NCBI GenBank assembly: GCA_934101225.1
Contig: CAKOQK010000005.1
Location: 27,323 to 59,322 of the forward strand
From: an uncultured Bacilli bacterium
Lineage (GTDB): Bacteria; Bacillota_I; Bacilli_A; RF39; UBA660
Length of the DNA stretch: 32,000 nt
Reading direction: 5' to 3'
This document shows positions 1 through 8,650 of this stretch, piece by piece (the first letter of the stretch is position 1; each line of letters starts with the position of its first letter). Position numbers and translations under genes: made by a program. The notes below the pieces were generated by a model. The model searched no databases. It was not told where the DNA came from and was given only the letters and a program-made list of their open reading frames with translations.

Positions 1-2
1 TA

Positions 3-350
3 ATAAGAAGCATTGATGAAAACGAAAAATTAAAAAGTAATTTAAGCATTTATCTTCCTGAAATAGATGAACATATTAACCTTATGATGTTATCTACATA
101 CTTATTAAAGGAAAATCCAAATTATAATTCCGATTTAATAGTAAAGGTATTTTGTACAGATGAAGAAAATATCAAAAACGTTAACAATCTTTGGACTGCA
201 GATTTAATTTATGATTCAAATGATATAATTTTAAATATTCCTATTTATAAAATATTAAATAGCAAAAATCCAAAATTAAAAAATGCCATATTTAATTGTG
301 TTAAAAATGTTGAAAAACCTAAGATAAAAATTAAGGAAAATGGAAAATGA
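3..350 (+). CDS. hypothetical protein, probably the 3' part of a gene that starts upstream of the window (alternative internal ATG at 84)
   Basis: The frame of the 84..350 ORF stays open back to position 3 (IRSIDENEKLKSNLSIYLPEIDEHINL precedes the first Met). Its stop overlaps the next start (ATGA at 347-350). No recognisable domain. Confidence 0.45.
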   Translation: MRSIDENEKLKSNLSIYLPEIDEHINLMMLSTYLLKENPNYNSDLIVKVFCTDEENIKNVNNLWTADLIYDSNDIILNIPIYKILNSKNPKLKNAIFNCVKNVEKPKIKIKENGK

Positions 351-1018
351 TAAATAATGAATATAAAATTGAGATTTATGCTGAATCAACAATTGAAGGT
401 ATAATTGAAAGCTTTAAAAATATAAAAGATGCTGGTATGCAAGGTTATATTGAAATTGAAAATAAAAAAATATATGAAACTAGCGATAATTTTGTTTATT
501 TAGTTGAGCAAGAAATCAAAAGACAAAATCAAAATGTGTGCAATAGCGAAACAAAAATCAAAACTAATAAAATAATAAGAGAAGAATCTAGTTCTGAAGA
601 AAAAGATTTATATAATTATATGTTTCATTGTCTAGCTGTTCGTTTAAATTCAGTTTTTAATTATTATTTGGGTATAGTGCTAAAATATATTAAACCAGAG
701 TATAAACAGGATATCATAAAATATTATATAAATGTGTATGGTGATAATTCATTAAATTCTATGCGTGATTTACACGTATTTGCTCAAATAGTGAACATTT
801 TAGATAATGAAGATAAAAAGATAATAATTGAAAAACTTAATTTTCTATTTGCAAATATATCAAAAGAAGATGAGGATTTGTTATTTTTGTCATTAAGTAA
901 AATAAGAAAATATACATATTTTGGTGATTTAGTTGATTTATTTTTTAATGCCAATGTAGTTGAAAATGAAATGACGATAACAGAAGAAAAAATAAAAAAA
1001 TATAGAAAAAACATATAA
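347..1018 (+). CDS. hypothetical protein (223 aa)
   Basis: Long ORF on the same strand as its neighbours, with an ATGA stop/start overlap to the upstream ORF suggesting translational coupling. No motif recognised. Confidence 0.6.
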   Translation: MINNEYKIEIYAESTIEGIIESFKNIKDAGMQGYIEIENKKIYETSDNFVYLVEQEIKRQNQNVCNSETKIKTNKIIREESSSEEKDLYNYMFHCLAVRLNSVFNYYLGIVLKYIKPEYKQDIIKYYINVYGDNSLNSMRDLHVFAQIVNILDNEDKKIIIEKLNFLFANISKEDEDLLFLSLSKIRKYTYFGDLVDLFFNANVVENEMTITEEKIKKYRKNI

Positions 1019-1061
1019 TAAATGTTATAAATTATAAGAATTTAGTGTTAAAATTATATTT

Positions 1062-1691
1062 ATGGAAGAAATATTAAATAAAGCAGAAATTATATATAAT
1101 TATTTAAATACTAAAGATGAAATTAGTAAAAGTGATGTTATCTTAGGCTGTGGGTCTATCGATACTACAATCGTTGAAGTAGTAAAAGAATTAGATGATA
1201 AATACAACTTTAAAACAATAATTTTTAGTGGATATAAAGGTAAAGGAACACTTGGTAAAATAAAAACAAGTGAAGCAAAAAGGTTTAAAGAATATGCTCT
1301 TAAATTAGGTATTAATAATGATAAAATAGTGTTAGAAGAACATGCTAAAACAACTAAACAAAACATAATAAAATCCTTAAAAAAGGTAGATTATAAAAAC
1401 TTAATAATTGTTCATAAGCCATATACTTTAAAAAGAACTAAGTTAATCTGTCAAAAATATAATATTGATTGCAAAATAACATCAGTTAATCTTTCATTAA
1501 GAAAGTACATAAATAAAGTAGTTAAAGAAAATAATATGTCTGAATCAGATGTTATAAATGAAATAGTTGGTGAAATATTTATGTTAAAGCACTATAAATT
1601 ATTTGGGTTACCTAAAATAGAAATAGATGATAATGTATTAGAAGCATATAAATATTTAAAAAAGAAAGGATATCGTAAATATACAATTTAA
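1062..1691 (+). CDS. YdcF/DUF218-family protein
   Basis: The layout VILGCGS...IIFSGYKG...EEHAKTTKQNI...IIVHKPYTLKR resembles the DUF218 (YdcF/SanA/ElyC) pattern: a G-rich Rossmann-like start, an xT.eN motif and a later H..R. Assigned by eye only. Confidence 0.55.
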   Translation: MEEILNKAEIIYNYLNTKDEISKSDVILGCGSIDTTIVEVVKELDDKYNFKTIIFSGYKGKGTLGKIKTSEAKRFKEYALKLGINNDKIVLEEHAKTTKQNIIKSLKKVDYKNLIIVHKPYTLKRTKLICQKYNIDCKITSVNLSLRKYINKVVKENNMSESDVINEIVGEIFMLKHYKLFGLPKIEIDDNVLEAYKYLKKKGYRKYTI

Positions 1692-1708
1692 GATATAAAA
1701 GGTTAGAT

Positions 1709-2293
1709 ATGCAATATTTTGATAATAATGAAAATTTAAGAAGTGAACTTAGAGATGTTTACTATACTTATAATAATGAAACATTTAAATTTAAAAGTGA
1801 TCTTGGAATATTTTCTAAAGATAAAATAGACGAAGGAAGTAAAGTATTAGTAGAAACATATATAAAATATGGCAAAGATAATGTTAAAGGTTTAGATATG
1901 GGTTGTGGAGTAGGTTTTATCGGTATAATGTTATCTAAGTTAAAAAATATAACTTTTGATATGGTTGATGTTAATAATAGAGCTATTCACTTAACAAATA
2001 TGAATATAAAATCTAATAAGGTAAAAGCAAACGTATTTGTAAGTGATATGTACGATAAAATTAATGATAAATATAATTTAATTATAACTAATCCACCTAT
2101 TAGAGCAGGAAAAGGAGTATACTTAACAATACTTAATTCTTCTTTTAATTATCTTACTGAAAATGGAGAATTATGGTTTGTAATGCGTAACAATCATGGT
2201 GTTAAAACAGTTGTATCTGATTTAAATAAAGAACATCATGCTGAAATATTAAAAAGAGATAAGGGCTATTATGTAGTAAGGGTAACAAGATGA
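1709..2293 (+). CDS. class I SAM-dependent methyltransferase, RsmC/YbxB-like small methyltransferase domain
   Basis: SAM-binding motif I LDMGCGVGFIG and catalytic-type motif IV ITNPPIRAGK (NPPF/NPPI family of N-methyltransferases). A homologous gene (ybxB) sits upstream of rpoB in Bacillus. Confidence 0.75.
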   Translation: MQYFDNNENLRSELRDVYYTYNNETFKFKSDLGIFSKDKIDEGSKVLVETYIKYGKDNVKGLDMGCGVGFIGIMLSKLKNITFDMVDVNNRAIHLTNMNIKSNKVKANVFVSDMYDKINDKYNLIITNPPIRAGKGVYLTILNSSFNYLTENGELWFVMRNNHGVKTVVSDLNKEHHAEILKRDKGYYVVRVTR

Positions 2294-2772
2294 AAGCAAT
2301 ATTTTTAGATATCGATGGTGTATTAAATTCTAATGAACATACCGCATTTATTAAATCATTTGTAACTTATAGTGATAATATGATTGAACCATTTGATGAT
2401 GATTGTTTATATAATTTAAAATATATAGTAGATGAAACTGATGCTAAGATAATAATCACATCTATTTGGCGCTTATTTCCTGACTATTTATACATATTGA
2501 TGAATAAACTAGAAGAATATGGTTTAGATAAGAATGTTATAAGTCTAACAACTAGTAATAAATATAAAGATAAACTTCAAGAAATAGCTGTAAAACTAAA
2601 AAAATTAGGTATAACTGAATATGTAGTTTTAGATAACGATGATACATTAAAATTAGATCGCCATGTCATTACGAATAATGCAACTGGTTTAACTGAAGTA
2701 GATGCTAAACAAGCAGTTAAAATTCTTTCATTTAATGAAAATATACAAAAGAGAACAAAAGAGAACAAATAA
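2290..2772 (+). CDS. HAD-like phosphatase/hydrolase (HAD_SAK-type small HAD domain)
   Basis: N-terminal MKAIFLDIDGVLNS carries the DxDG HAD motif I in the typical context of stand-alone HAD domains. The start overlaps the upstream stop (ATGA at 2290-2293). Confidence 0.6.
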   Translation: MKAIFLDIDGVLNSNEHTAFIKSFVTYSDNMIEPFDDDCLYNLKYIVDETDAKIIITSIWRLFPDYLYILMNKLEEYGLDKNVISLTTSNKYKDKLQEIAVKLKKLGITEYVVLDNDDTLKLDRHVITNNATGLTEVDAKQAVKILSFNENIQKRTKENK

Positions 2773-2834
2773 GAAATAAACTTTACAAGTAGCAATTTTT
2801 ATTATAGAATATAATATCGAATGGAGGAACACTA

Positions 2835-3434
2835 ATGTCAAATATATGGAAAATACTTGTTCAAGAAATGTCTAAATCAAACGGTAGTGCTAAAACAGTA
2901 ACAAAAGATTATAAAGAATGGATTGCTTGGCTAAATTATGAGCCAGAATTTGAAAAACAAAGAAAAAATTATTTAATGTCTAGAAAATTTGAAGAACTAA
3001 ATGAATCTGAACAAATTGAGTTAAGCCATTATATTAAATATCAAACATATGCCGATTTATTTAATAAGTATGAAACAAATACTTGTACACAAGAGGAATA
3101 TATAAAAGTATATAATTTTATGAAAATAGAGTCTTTGGAAGATTTAATAATAAGTAAATTAACAGCTGAAGAACTTAATTATGTAAAGAGTGAAATTAAT
3201 AGAATAGAAAATTTATCATTAACAGATTTCGAGAGCGAATATCGTAAATTGAGAGATTCATATTTTAATGAGCAATTAACAATGACTGAAAGATATGTTT
3301 ATTATTTAAGTTCAAGGATAGCAGCATATAGAAATAATATAAGAGTAGAAAATGAAATAAGTGTTCAATTAAAAGAAAATGAGAATATGCGTTACAGAAG
3401 TTATATTTATTCTCAAAATCCTTATAGAAAATAA
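2835..3434 (+). CDS. hypothetical protein (199 aa)
   Basis: Long ORF preceded by GGAGGA (2823-2828), 6 nt upstream of the ATG. No recognisable domain. Confidence 0.6.
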   Translation: MSNIWKILVQEMSKSNGSAKTVTKDYKEWIAWLNYEPEFEKQRKNYLMSRKFEELNESEQIELSHYIKYQTYADLFNKYETNTCTQEEYIKVYNFMKIESLEDLIISKLTAEELNYVKSEINRIENLSLTDFESEYRKLRDSYFNEQLTMTERYVYYLSSRIAAYRNNIRVENEISVQLKENENMRYRSYIYSQNPYRK

Positions 3435-3468
3435 AAATAAAACATAAAATTTTCCTAAAAAATTACAA

Positions 3469-3497
3469 TTGTACAAATTATTAAAATTTGATATTAT
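3469..3497 (+). promoter_or_regulatory. sigma-A-like promoter (TTGTAC - 17 nt - TATTAT, with TGn extended -10)
   Basis: TTGTAC at 3469-3474, a 17-nt spacer, TG at 3489-3490 and TATTAT at 3492-3497. No protein-coding ORF of any size follows before the terminator at 3580-3612. Confidence 0.35.
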
Positions 3498-3503
3498 GAA
3501 TGT

Positions 3504-3612
3504 GTAAGGAAAACTTACATAAAATAAAAAAGGAACGCCTAATTTTGGAATGTTGGGTGATTACCTTTTATGGGAAATGCACCAAAACCCCGTGTTTATG
3601 GTGTTTTTATTT
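3504..3612 (+). ncRNA. candidate ~105-nt small RNA, a possible antisense antitoxin of a type I TA pair
   Basis: Bounded by the promoter at 3469-3497 and an intrinsic terminator at 3580-3612. It contains a 5' hairpin (TGTAAG GAAAA CTTACA) and a locally GC-richer core in otherwise extremely AT-rich DNA. Its 3' end is antisense to the 3' end of the - strand peptide ORF. Confidence 0.25.
3580..3612 (+). terminator. rho-independent terminator
   Basis: CACCAAAAC (3580-3588) pairs with GTTTATGGTG (3594-3603) with one bulged A, around the loop CCCGT, followed by TTTTTATTTT. It could instead terminate the 2835..3434 gene, 146 nt upstream. Confidence 0.45.
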
Positions 3613-3694
3613 TAATATTAATATAGAATAAAATAAAAATAATTATAAATAAATTAATTAAAATAAAATATAATAATTTATTATTCACAACCAT
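3596..3694 (-). CDS. candidate 32-aa hydrophobic peptide MVVNNKLLYFILINLFIIIFILFYINIKIKTP (type I toxin-like)
   Basis: Translated by hand from the - strand. AGAGGTG Shine-Dalgarno at 3701-3695. ATG at 3694, or in-frame GTG at 3688 with an 8-nt spacing. One predicted TM helix plus a K-rich tail; stop TAA at 3598-3596. Too short for the ORF track. Caveat: pure A/T DNA yields I/L/F/N/K ORFs by chance. Confidence 0.3.
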   Translation of the reverse strand: MVVNNKLLYFILINLFIIIFILFYINIKIKTP

Positions 3695-3725
3695 CACCTC
3701 TTTCTATTGCTAGAGTAGAGGTAAT
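3693..3725 (-). promoter_or_regulatory. 5'-UTR hairpin sequestering the SD and start codon of the small peptide ORF
   Basis: On the - strand RNA, AUUACCUCU (plus 3725-3717) pairs over 9 bp (one G-U) with AGAGGUGAU (plus 3701-3693). The latter contains the SD and the AU of the AUG. The loop is 15 nt. Confidence 0.35.
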
Positions 3726-3835
3726 TGCCTAAACAATTAAATGTTCCTTAAGTAATAGAATATCAGAATACTAATTATCAAATCAATATAAAACACGAAA
3801 TTTCATATAAAGAATAATTTCCTTAAAAAATAAAT

Positions 3836-3864
3836 TTGTATTTTTTCATTATATATGATAGAGT
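3836..3864 (+). promoter_or_regulatory. putative promoter of paralog 1 (TTGTAT - 17 - TGaTAGAGT)
   Basis: The same architecture and a conserved TGATAGAGTATA box recur at the same distance upstream of all three paralogs (also 6134-6162 and 8598-8626). Confidence 0.35.
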
Positions 3865-3887
3865 ATATCCTACTTGGAGAAATTAAT

Positions 3888-6095
3888 ATGTTTTGGAGTA
3901 AATTATTTAAAAAGAAAAATAAACTATCAAATGTTGATATTGTAGTAAATAGTTCTTATACTAAAATGCCTTTGCTTGAAGAATTAACTGCTGAAGAACA
4001 AGGATACGTTAATAAACTTAAAGAAGAGTACTTAAATTTTTATGATACCGAAGATAATTATATTGATTTAGATAAAGAACTATTTAATGAAATAAAAATG
4101 TGTCAAGATTTAGCTCTAGATATTATGCATAATGATCATTTTGGACACATTGCAAGTTCAATAATAGATAGTAAAAAACTAGTATATTATTCACATGAAA
4201 TAACCGAAATAAATAACATTTTAAAATATAAATATATTGCCTTAAACGAACTAAGAAAAGATAAAAAATATCTAGCTAAATACATGAGTTTATATGTTCT
4301 AGGAAGAAGAAAAATAAACATATTAAAAGCCCTAGATCATCAAATGAATCTTATTAATAATTTAATAGTTATTGCTGATCAAAGAATATATGATTATAGT
4401 ACTAAAGCAGTTGCCAATTATCCCAAAAATATAAATGAAGATATAGATTATGAATTAGAAAAAAGATATGATATTGTATTAAAAGATTATTTAAATTTAT
4501 TCAATGATTCAAACACACTAAATAAAAAGATAAATAATACCGATAAAATTACATATATGGAGATAATGCTAAACAAATTTGTTTATGAAAATAAAAATTT
4601 AATAGGCAAATTAAAAGAACGTTTAAATGCAATTGCAAATACTGAAATAGAAGAGATAGAAGATCAAAATGATATCATAAGAGATTTAAGAAATATAAAG
4701 ATGTATTTCAATATTTTCGATAAATATGGAAGAAGTATTATAAAAAAAGAAGATTTTGAAGAAATATATCAAGCAATTTTTAATACGATTAATTACTATC
4801 CGTTTACATACGGCATTAGAAGTTATTGTAGAAATGAAGCAAATAAGGAAGAATTAATATTTTATAGCAAAATCATTAAAAGAAAAGCAGAATTATTTAT
4901 AGATAAAAAATCAAAAATATTTGAAACAGGAATTATTAATGATAATATTTATCAAATTCTTTTAAAATTATTTGAATTGGATTCCACAGGAATTATATAT
5001 AATGAAATGTTTATAAAAAATAATTTTGAAGTTTTTGATATGAAATACATAGACTTACTGCTATGTTTAGATAATCTAAATGGATTTTATTTATACTTTA
5101 ATCAAACTAATTTTGAATTATTTGATTATATTATGAGCGCTTTACCAGTTGATCACGACACAATTAAAAGAAATTTATTTAAATATATTATCGGCTTATG
5201 TGACAAAACACAATTTGAAGATATTGATATAGATAGAGAATATTTTCTCGATAAATATTGTTTTAATGTTTCCAATATTTATGAAATGAAATTATATTAT
5301 CAATTATATAAAGAAAATATTAACTTTAGTTATTTACCATTACTAAATGAAACATGTGATATGGATAAATTTATTAATTATATCAATAAAAGTTGTCACG
5401 ATAAAACAGTACTCTTACCAGAAGGAACTAAAGAATTAGAAATATATGTTGATAAATCATATAATGGTATAAAAATATATTTAAATAACGATATTTCTGA
5501 CGTAAGATTTTATGGCAATGATATTGATTATAAAAAGTTAAAACACATTAAAATTTATCTGCCATTAGACTTTAATAAAATAAATATTAATTTTATCGTA
5601 GAAAATGAATTAAATTATAATGCAAATTCTCCTAAAGCAAGAATTTTAAATAAACAAGCATTGTTAGCAATCATTGAAAAAATTGGTTCAACATTGGTCT
5701 TACCAAAAAAGATATTTAGTGTATCTAATTCGTCAGAAGATAATCAAAAATTGTATAACGATCTATATTCACTATTTTATGGTTTTTATAAAAGTGTTAA
5801 ATATTTTATTGAAAAGTCAAATTCAATTAAAGAATCTGATAGTAGCGAGTTATTTAGCACATTGTTTAACAACATAATAATTTTCGAAGAAAATTCTAAT
5901 GAATATAAAATTAATAATGATTTATTTGATAAAGAATCAATAAATGAAGAAATACATAGTGATTGTAATAATAATATTCTTAAGAGCTATGAAAAAGCCT
6001 TAAAAGATTTTGTCATCAAATTAATAAAATATAAAAATTATAGAAATTTAAAAATAGAACAATACATTAGCTCATTAAAAAGAAAAACTAAATAA
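3888..6095 (+). CDS. large hypothetical protein, paralog 1 of a tandem three-member family (735 aa from the ATG at 3888)
   Basis: Starts MFWSKLFKKKNK like the other two copies and is preceded by GGAGA (3876-3880). The tracked start at 3855 would lie inside the conserved promoter box. About 80 percent identical to copies 2/3 over the first ~180 aa, with scattered conserved islands later. Confidence 0.8.
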   Translation: MFWSKLFKKKNKLSNVDIVVNSSYTKMPLLEELTAEEQGYVNKLKEEYLNFYDTEDNYIDLDKELFNEIKMCQDLALDIMHNDHFGHIASSIIDSKKLVYYSHEITEINNILKYKYIALNELRKDKKYLAKYMSLYVLGRRKINILKALDHQMNLINNLIVIADQRIYDYSTKAVANYPKNINEDIDYELEKRYDIVLKDYLNLFNDSNTLNKKINNTDKITYMEIMLNKFVYENKNLIGKLKERLNAIANTEIEEIEDQNDIIRDLRNIKMYFNIFDKYGRSIIKKEDFEEIYQAIFNTINYYPFTYGIRSYCRNEANKEELIFYSKIIKRKAELFIDKKSKIFETGIINDNIYQILLKLFELDSTGIIYNEMFIKNNFEVFDMKYIDLLLCLDNLNGFYLYFNQTNFELFDYIMSALPVDHDTIKRNLFKYIIGLCDKTQFEDIDIDREYFLDKYCFNVSNIYEMKLYYQLYKENINFSYLPLLNETCDMDKFINYINKSCHDKTVLLPEGTKELEIYVDKSYNGIKIYLNNDISDVRFYGNDIDYKKLKHIKIYLPLDFNKININFIVENELNYNANSPKARILNKQALLAIIEKIGSTLVLPKKIFSVSNSSEDNQKLYNDLYSLFYGFYKSVKYFIEKSNSIKESDSSELFSTLFNNIIIFEENSNEYKINNDLFDKESINEEIHSDCNNNILKSYEKALKDFVIKLIKYKNYRNLKIEQYISSLKRKTK

Positions 6096-6119
6096 AATTA
6101 TAAAATGTAATATATGATA

Positions 6120-6145
6120 ACACAAACATTTGCTTGTGTTTTTTC
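6120..6145 (+). terminator. terminator-like hairpin between paralogs 1 and 2
   Basis: ACACAA (6120-6125), 8-nt loop, TTGTGT (6134-6139), then TTTTT. The stem is only 6 bp and its descending arm doubles as the -35 of the next promoter. Confidence 0.4.
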
Positions 6146-6162
6146 ATTGTATATGATAGAGT
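6134..6162 (+). promoter_or_regulatory. putative promoter of paralog 2 (TTGTGT - 17 - TGaTAGAGT)
   Basis: Conserved box shared with 3836-3864 and 8598-8626. Confidence 0.35.
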
Positions 6163-6725
6163 ATAACTTACTTAAGGGGAATAAATATGTTTTGGAGTAA
6201 TTTATTTAAAAAGAAAAATAAAATATTTAATACAGAAATAGTTAATAATACATCTTCTAAAATACCTTCATTTGAAGAATTAACTACTAAAGAACAAGAA
6301 TATGTTAGTAACTTAAAAGAAGAATATCTAAAATTTTATGAAAATGAAGATAATTATATTAACTTAGATAATGAACTATTTAATGAAATAAAAATGTATC
6401 AAGATTTAGCCCTAGATATTATGCATAAAGATCATTTAGGTAATATCGTTAACTCAATAATAGACAGTAAAAAACTAGCATATTATTCTCAAAAAATAAC
6501 TGAAATAAATAACACTTTAAAATATAAATATATTGCCTTAAACGAATTAAGAAAAGATAAAAAATATTTAACTAAACATATGGGACTATATGTTTTAGGA
6601 AGAAGAAAAATAAACATATTAAAAGCTTTAGATCATCAAATGAATATTATAAACAATATGTTTGTTATCGCCGACCAAAAAATAATTGATTACTGTACCT
6701 GTGCAATCGCAAACTATCCAAAAAA
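6154..6725 (+). repeat. ~572-nt block apparently identical to 8618-9189 (leader + first 179 codons of paralogs 2 and 3)
   Basis: No differences seen by eye between the two blocks. Identity ends abruptly inside a poly-A run: CCAAAAAAAATCG in copy 2 versus CCAAAAAATATA in copy 3. Confidence 0.8.
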
Positions 6726-8427
6726 AATCGATAAAACCACTGAAAAAGCATTAAATGACAGATACATCGAAGTAGAGAAAGATTATAAAGATTTATTTAA
6801 TTCATCAATTGAATTAGATGATAGTATATCTATTGCAGATGAAATAACATACATGGAAATACTTATAGATAAATTTATATATGAAAATAAAGACTTAATA
6901 AATAAATTGAAAAAACAGTTAGATATAATAGCTTTTAATGAAATAATTGATGCAATGGAGCAACAGGAAAAAATATCAAATCTTAAAAAAATAAAAATGT
7001 ACTATCTTATATTTAACAAATATGGACGAAATCTAATTACCAAAGACGATTTTAATGACCTATATCAAATAATATTTAATGTATATACTTATTTCCCTAT
7101 TAGTAGTGGTTTCACAGAGTATTTTAATAAGAAAGCAAATAAAGACGAACTAATATTATATAGTAAAATAATAAAAGGTAAATCTGAAGCATTCATACTA
7201 AAACAATCAAAAATATTTGAAGCAAATAAAGTTAGCGATAAAGCTTATAGTTTGTTCCTGAAAATTTTCAATTTAACCGAAAGTGATGAAATTTATAAAA
7301 ATATATTTATATATGATGATTTTAATATTAAATTTTTTCCAAATGTAGAATTGCTTTTATCGTTAGATTTTGTAGATGGTATTGATAAGTATTTTGATAA
7401 AAAAGCATTTGACAATCTTCTTAAAATATTTGATAAAGAGCCTTGGATTAGCAAAAATGTCTTAAAAAAAGACTATTATAAATATGTTTTGGGTTTATGT
7501 ACCAATCCTAGTTCAGAACAAGAAAATAGTGAAGAAAAAAAACAATCTTCAATAAATATAGGTGAATTGTCATTGTATTCCGATTCAGAAGAGATTATGC
7601 TTTATTATCTATTATATAAAGACAAAATAAATTTTAATGTTTTGCCATATTTATCAAAAGATTGTGATTTGAGTAATTTTATCAATTATCGTAGGAATTC
7701 TTGCAAACAAGGCAAAGATAAAAGCATTAATATATATATACCAAGCAAAACTAAAACATTATCTTTAAATTTATATACTTTTGGAAAAGATGAAAAAAAT
7801 TTAATAAAAGTGTATGCTAATGAACAATTAGAAAAAATAATAATAGGAAAAGACAACCCATTACTAGAGCAAAAAATACAAATAATACTTCCAGAAGGAT
7901 CTAACTTCATAAGTATTATTTTAAAAAAATTAGAATCTTACGAATTAAGGAAATACGGCTTTTCAGGTACAATTTATAGACTTAGTAAATGTATTGTATT
8001 ACCGAATAAAATTTTTTATATGGAAGACAACATCGAAAATAACAAATGGCTTTTTAATTATTTATTTTATTTGTTTTATGAAAGTGCATTGAGAATGAAT
8101 TATTTTTTTAAAAATGAAGCTAATACAGGGTTTATTTTAGGCAATTATGAAGATCCATTTAGTGATTTATTTCGTAATTTAATAATATTAGAAGAAGACA
8201 ATAATTTATATTCTGTTGGCTACCACAATGTGAAACATTATCCCCGAGAATCTTATGATATAAGTGTTAAAATTAGTAAAGCAAAAGATATTATAGAAGC
8301 GTATAAAATTTATATTGAATATTATATAAAAGATCTTAATATATATAAAAAAGAACTAAAATCTCAATTAATGTATGAAGAAAAGCAAATATCAACAGAG
8401 CCAAAGAAATTAATCAAAAAGGCATAG
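6187..8427 (+). CDS. large hypothetical protein, paralog 2 (746 aa)
   Basis: Long ORF with GGGGA RBS. Residues 1-179 are identical to paralog 3. The C-terminal ~560 aa diverge but keep islands such as LYSKIIK, SKIFE, YKDKINFN.LP and IVLP.KIF. Confidence 0.85.
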   Translation: MFWSNLFKKKNKIFNTEIVNNTSSKIPSFEELTTKEQEYVSNLKEEYLKFYENEDNYINLDNELFNEIKMYQDLALDIMHKDHLGNIVNSIIDSKKLAYYSQKITEINNTLKYKYIALNELRKDKKYLTKHMGLYVLGRRKINILKALDHQMNIINNMFVIADQKIIDYCTCAIANYPKKIDKTTEKALNDRYIEVEKDYKDLFNSSIELDDSISIADEITYMEILIDKFIYENKDLINKLKKQLDIIAFNEIIDAMEQQEKISNLKKIKMYYLIFNKYGRNLITKDDFNDLYQIIFNVYTYFPISSGFTEYFNKKANKDELILYSKIIKGKSEAFILKQSKIFEANKVSDKAYSLFLKIFNLTESDEIYKNIFIYDDFNIKFFPNVELLLSLDFVDGIDKYFDKKAFDNLLKIFDKEPWISKNVLKKDYYKYVLGLCTNPSSEQENSEEKKQSSINIGELSLYSDSEEIMLYYLLYKDKINFNVLPYLSKDCDLSNFINYRRNSCKQGKDKSINIYIPSKTKTLSLNLYTFGKDEKNLIKVYANEQLEKIIIGKDNPLLEQKIQIILPEGSNFISIILKKLESYELRKYGFSGTIYRLSKCIVLPNKIFYMEDNIENNKWLFNYLFYLFYESALRMNYFFKNEANTGFILGNYEDPFSDLFRNLIILEEDNNLYSVGYHNVKHYPRESYDISVKISKAKDIIEAYKIYIEYYIKDLNIYKKELKSQLMYEEKQISTEPKKLIKKA

Positions 8428-8430
8428 ATG

Positions 8431-8565
8431 CAAGTAAAAAAGAGTAGTTAAACAAAACCAAAAGTATCTTAAAATCTCAAAAAATGTTAACCATGTGTAA
8501 ATATTTTAAACAAAATATTTTAAACAAAATATACCTAAATGTTAAATTTATTGATATAATTAAAA
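8431..8565 (+). repeat. repeated 3'-flank/intergenic segment (copy A)
   Basis: CAAGTAAAAAAGAGTAGTTAAACAA...AAAAAATGTTAACCATGTGTAAATATTTTAAA...ATACCTAAATGTTAAATTTATTGATATAATTAAAA recurs at 10853-10974. This copy has an extra internal ~14-nt duplication (ATTTTAAACAAAAT). It ends in an extended -10-like TGATATAAT. Confidence 0.8.
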
Positions 8566-8583
8566 AACTAGTAATATATGATA

Positions 8584-8612
8584 ACACAAACATTTGCTTG
8601 TGTTATTTCTTT
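8584..8612 (+). terminator. terminator-like hairpin between paralogs 2 and 3
   Basis: Same ACACAA/TTGTGT hairpin as at 6120-6139, followed here by TATTTCTTT, a weaker U-tract. Confidence 0.3.
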
Positions 8613-8626
8613 ACATGTGATAGAGT
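8598..8626 (+). promoter_or_regulatory. putative promoter of paralog 3 (TTGTGT - 17 - TGaTAGAGT)
   Basis: Conserved box shared with 3836-3864 and 6134-6162. Confidence 0.35.
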
Positions 8627-8650
8627 ATAACTTACTTAAGGGGAATAAAT

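Noticed and set aside
347-2293. Mollicutes genetic code (TGA = Trp), given the very low GC
   Set aside because: TGA terminates several ORFs exactly at gene junctions with overlapping or adjacent starts (350, 2293, 20505, 26151). Conserved tryptophans in RpoB/RpoC are encoded by TGG. The standard bacterial code fits.
3550-3615. 21-codon plus-strand micro-ORF (MLGDYLLWEMHQNPVFMVFLF) inside the candidate sRNA
   Set aside because: It has no properly spaced RBS and runs through the terminator hairpin. The transcript is more parsimoniously non-coding.
3693-3707. ATCACCTCTTTCTA resembling the 3' end of 16S rRNA (GATCACCTCCTTTCTA), possibly an rRNA fragment
   Set aside because: The match is only about 15 nt with one deletion and no further rRNA-like sequence on either side. 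It is simply the complement of the Shine-Dalgarno sequence of the minus-strand small ORF.
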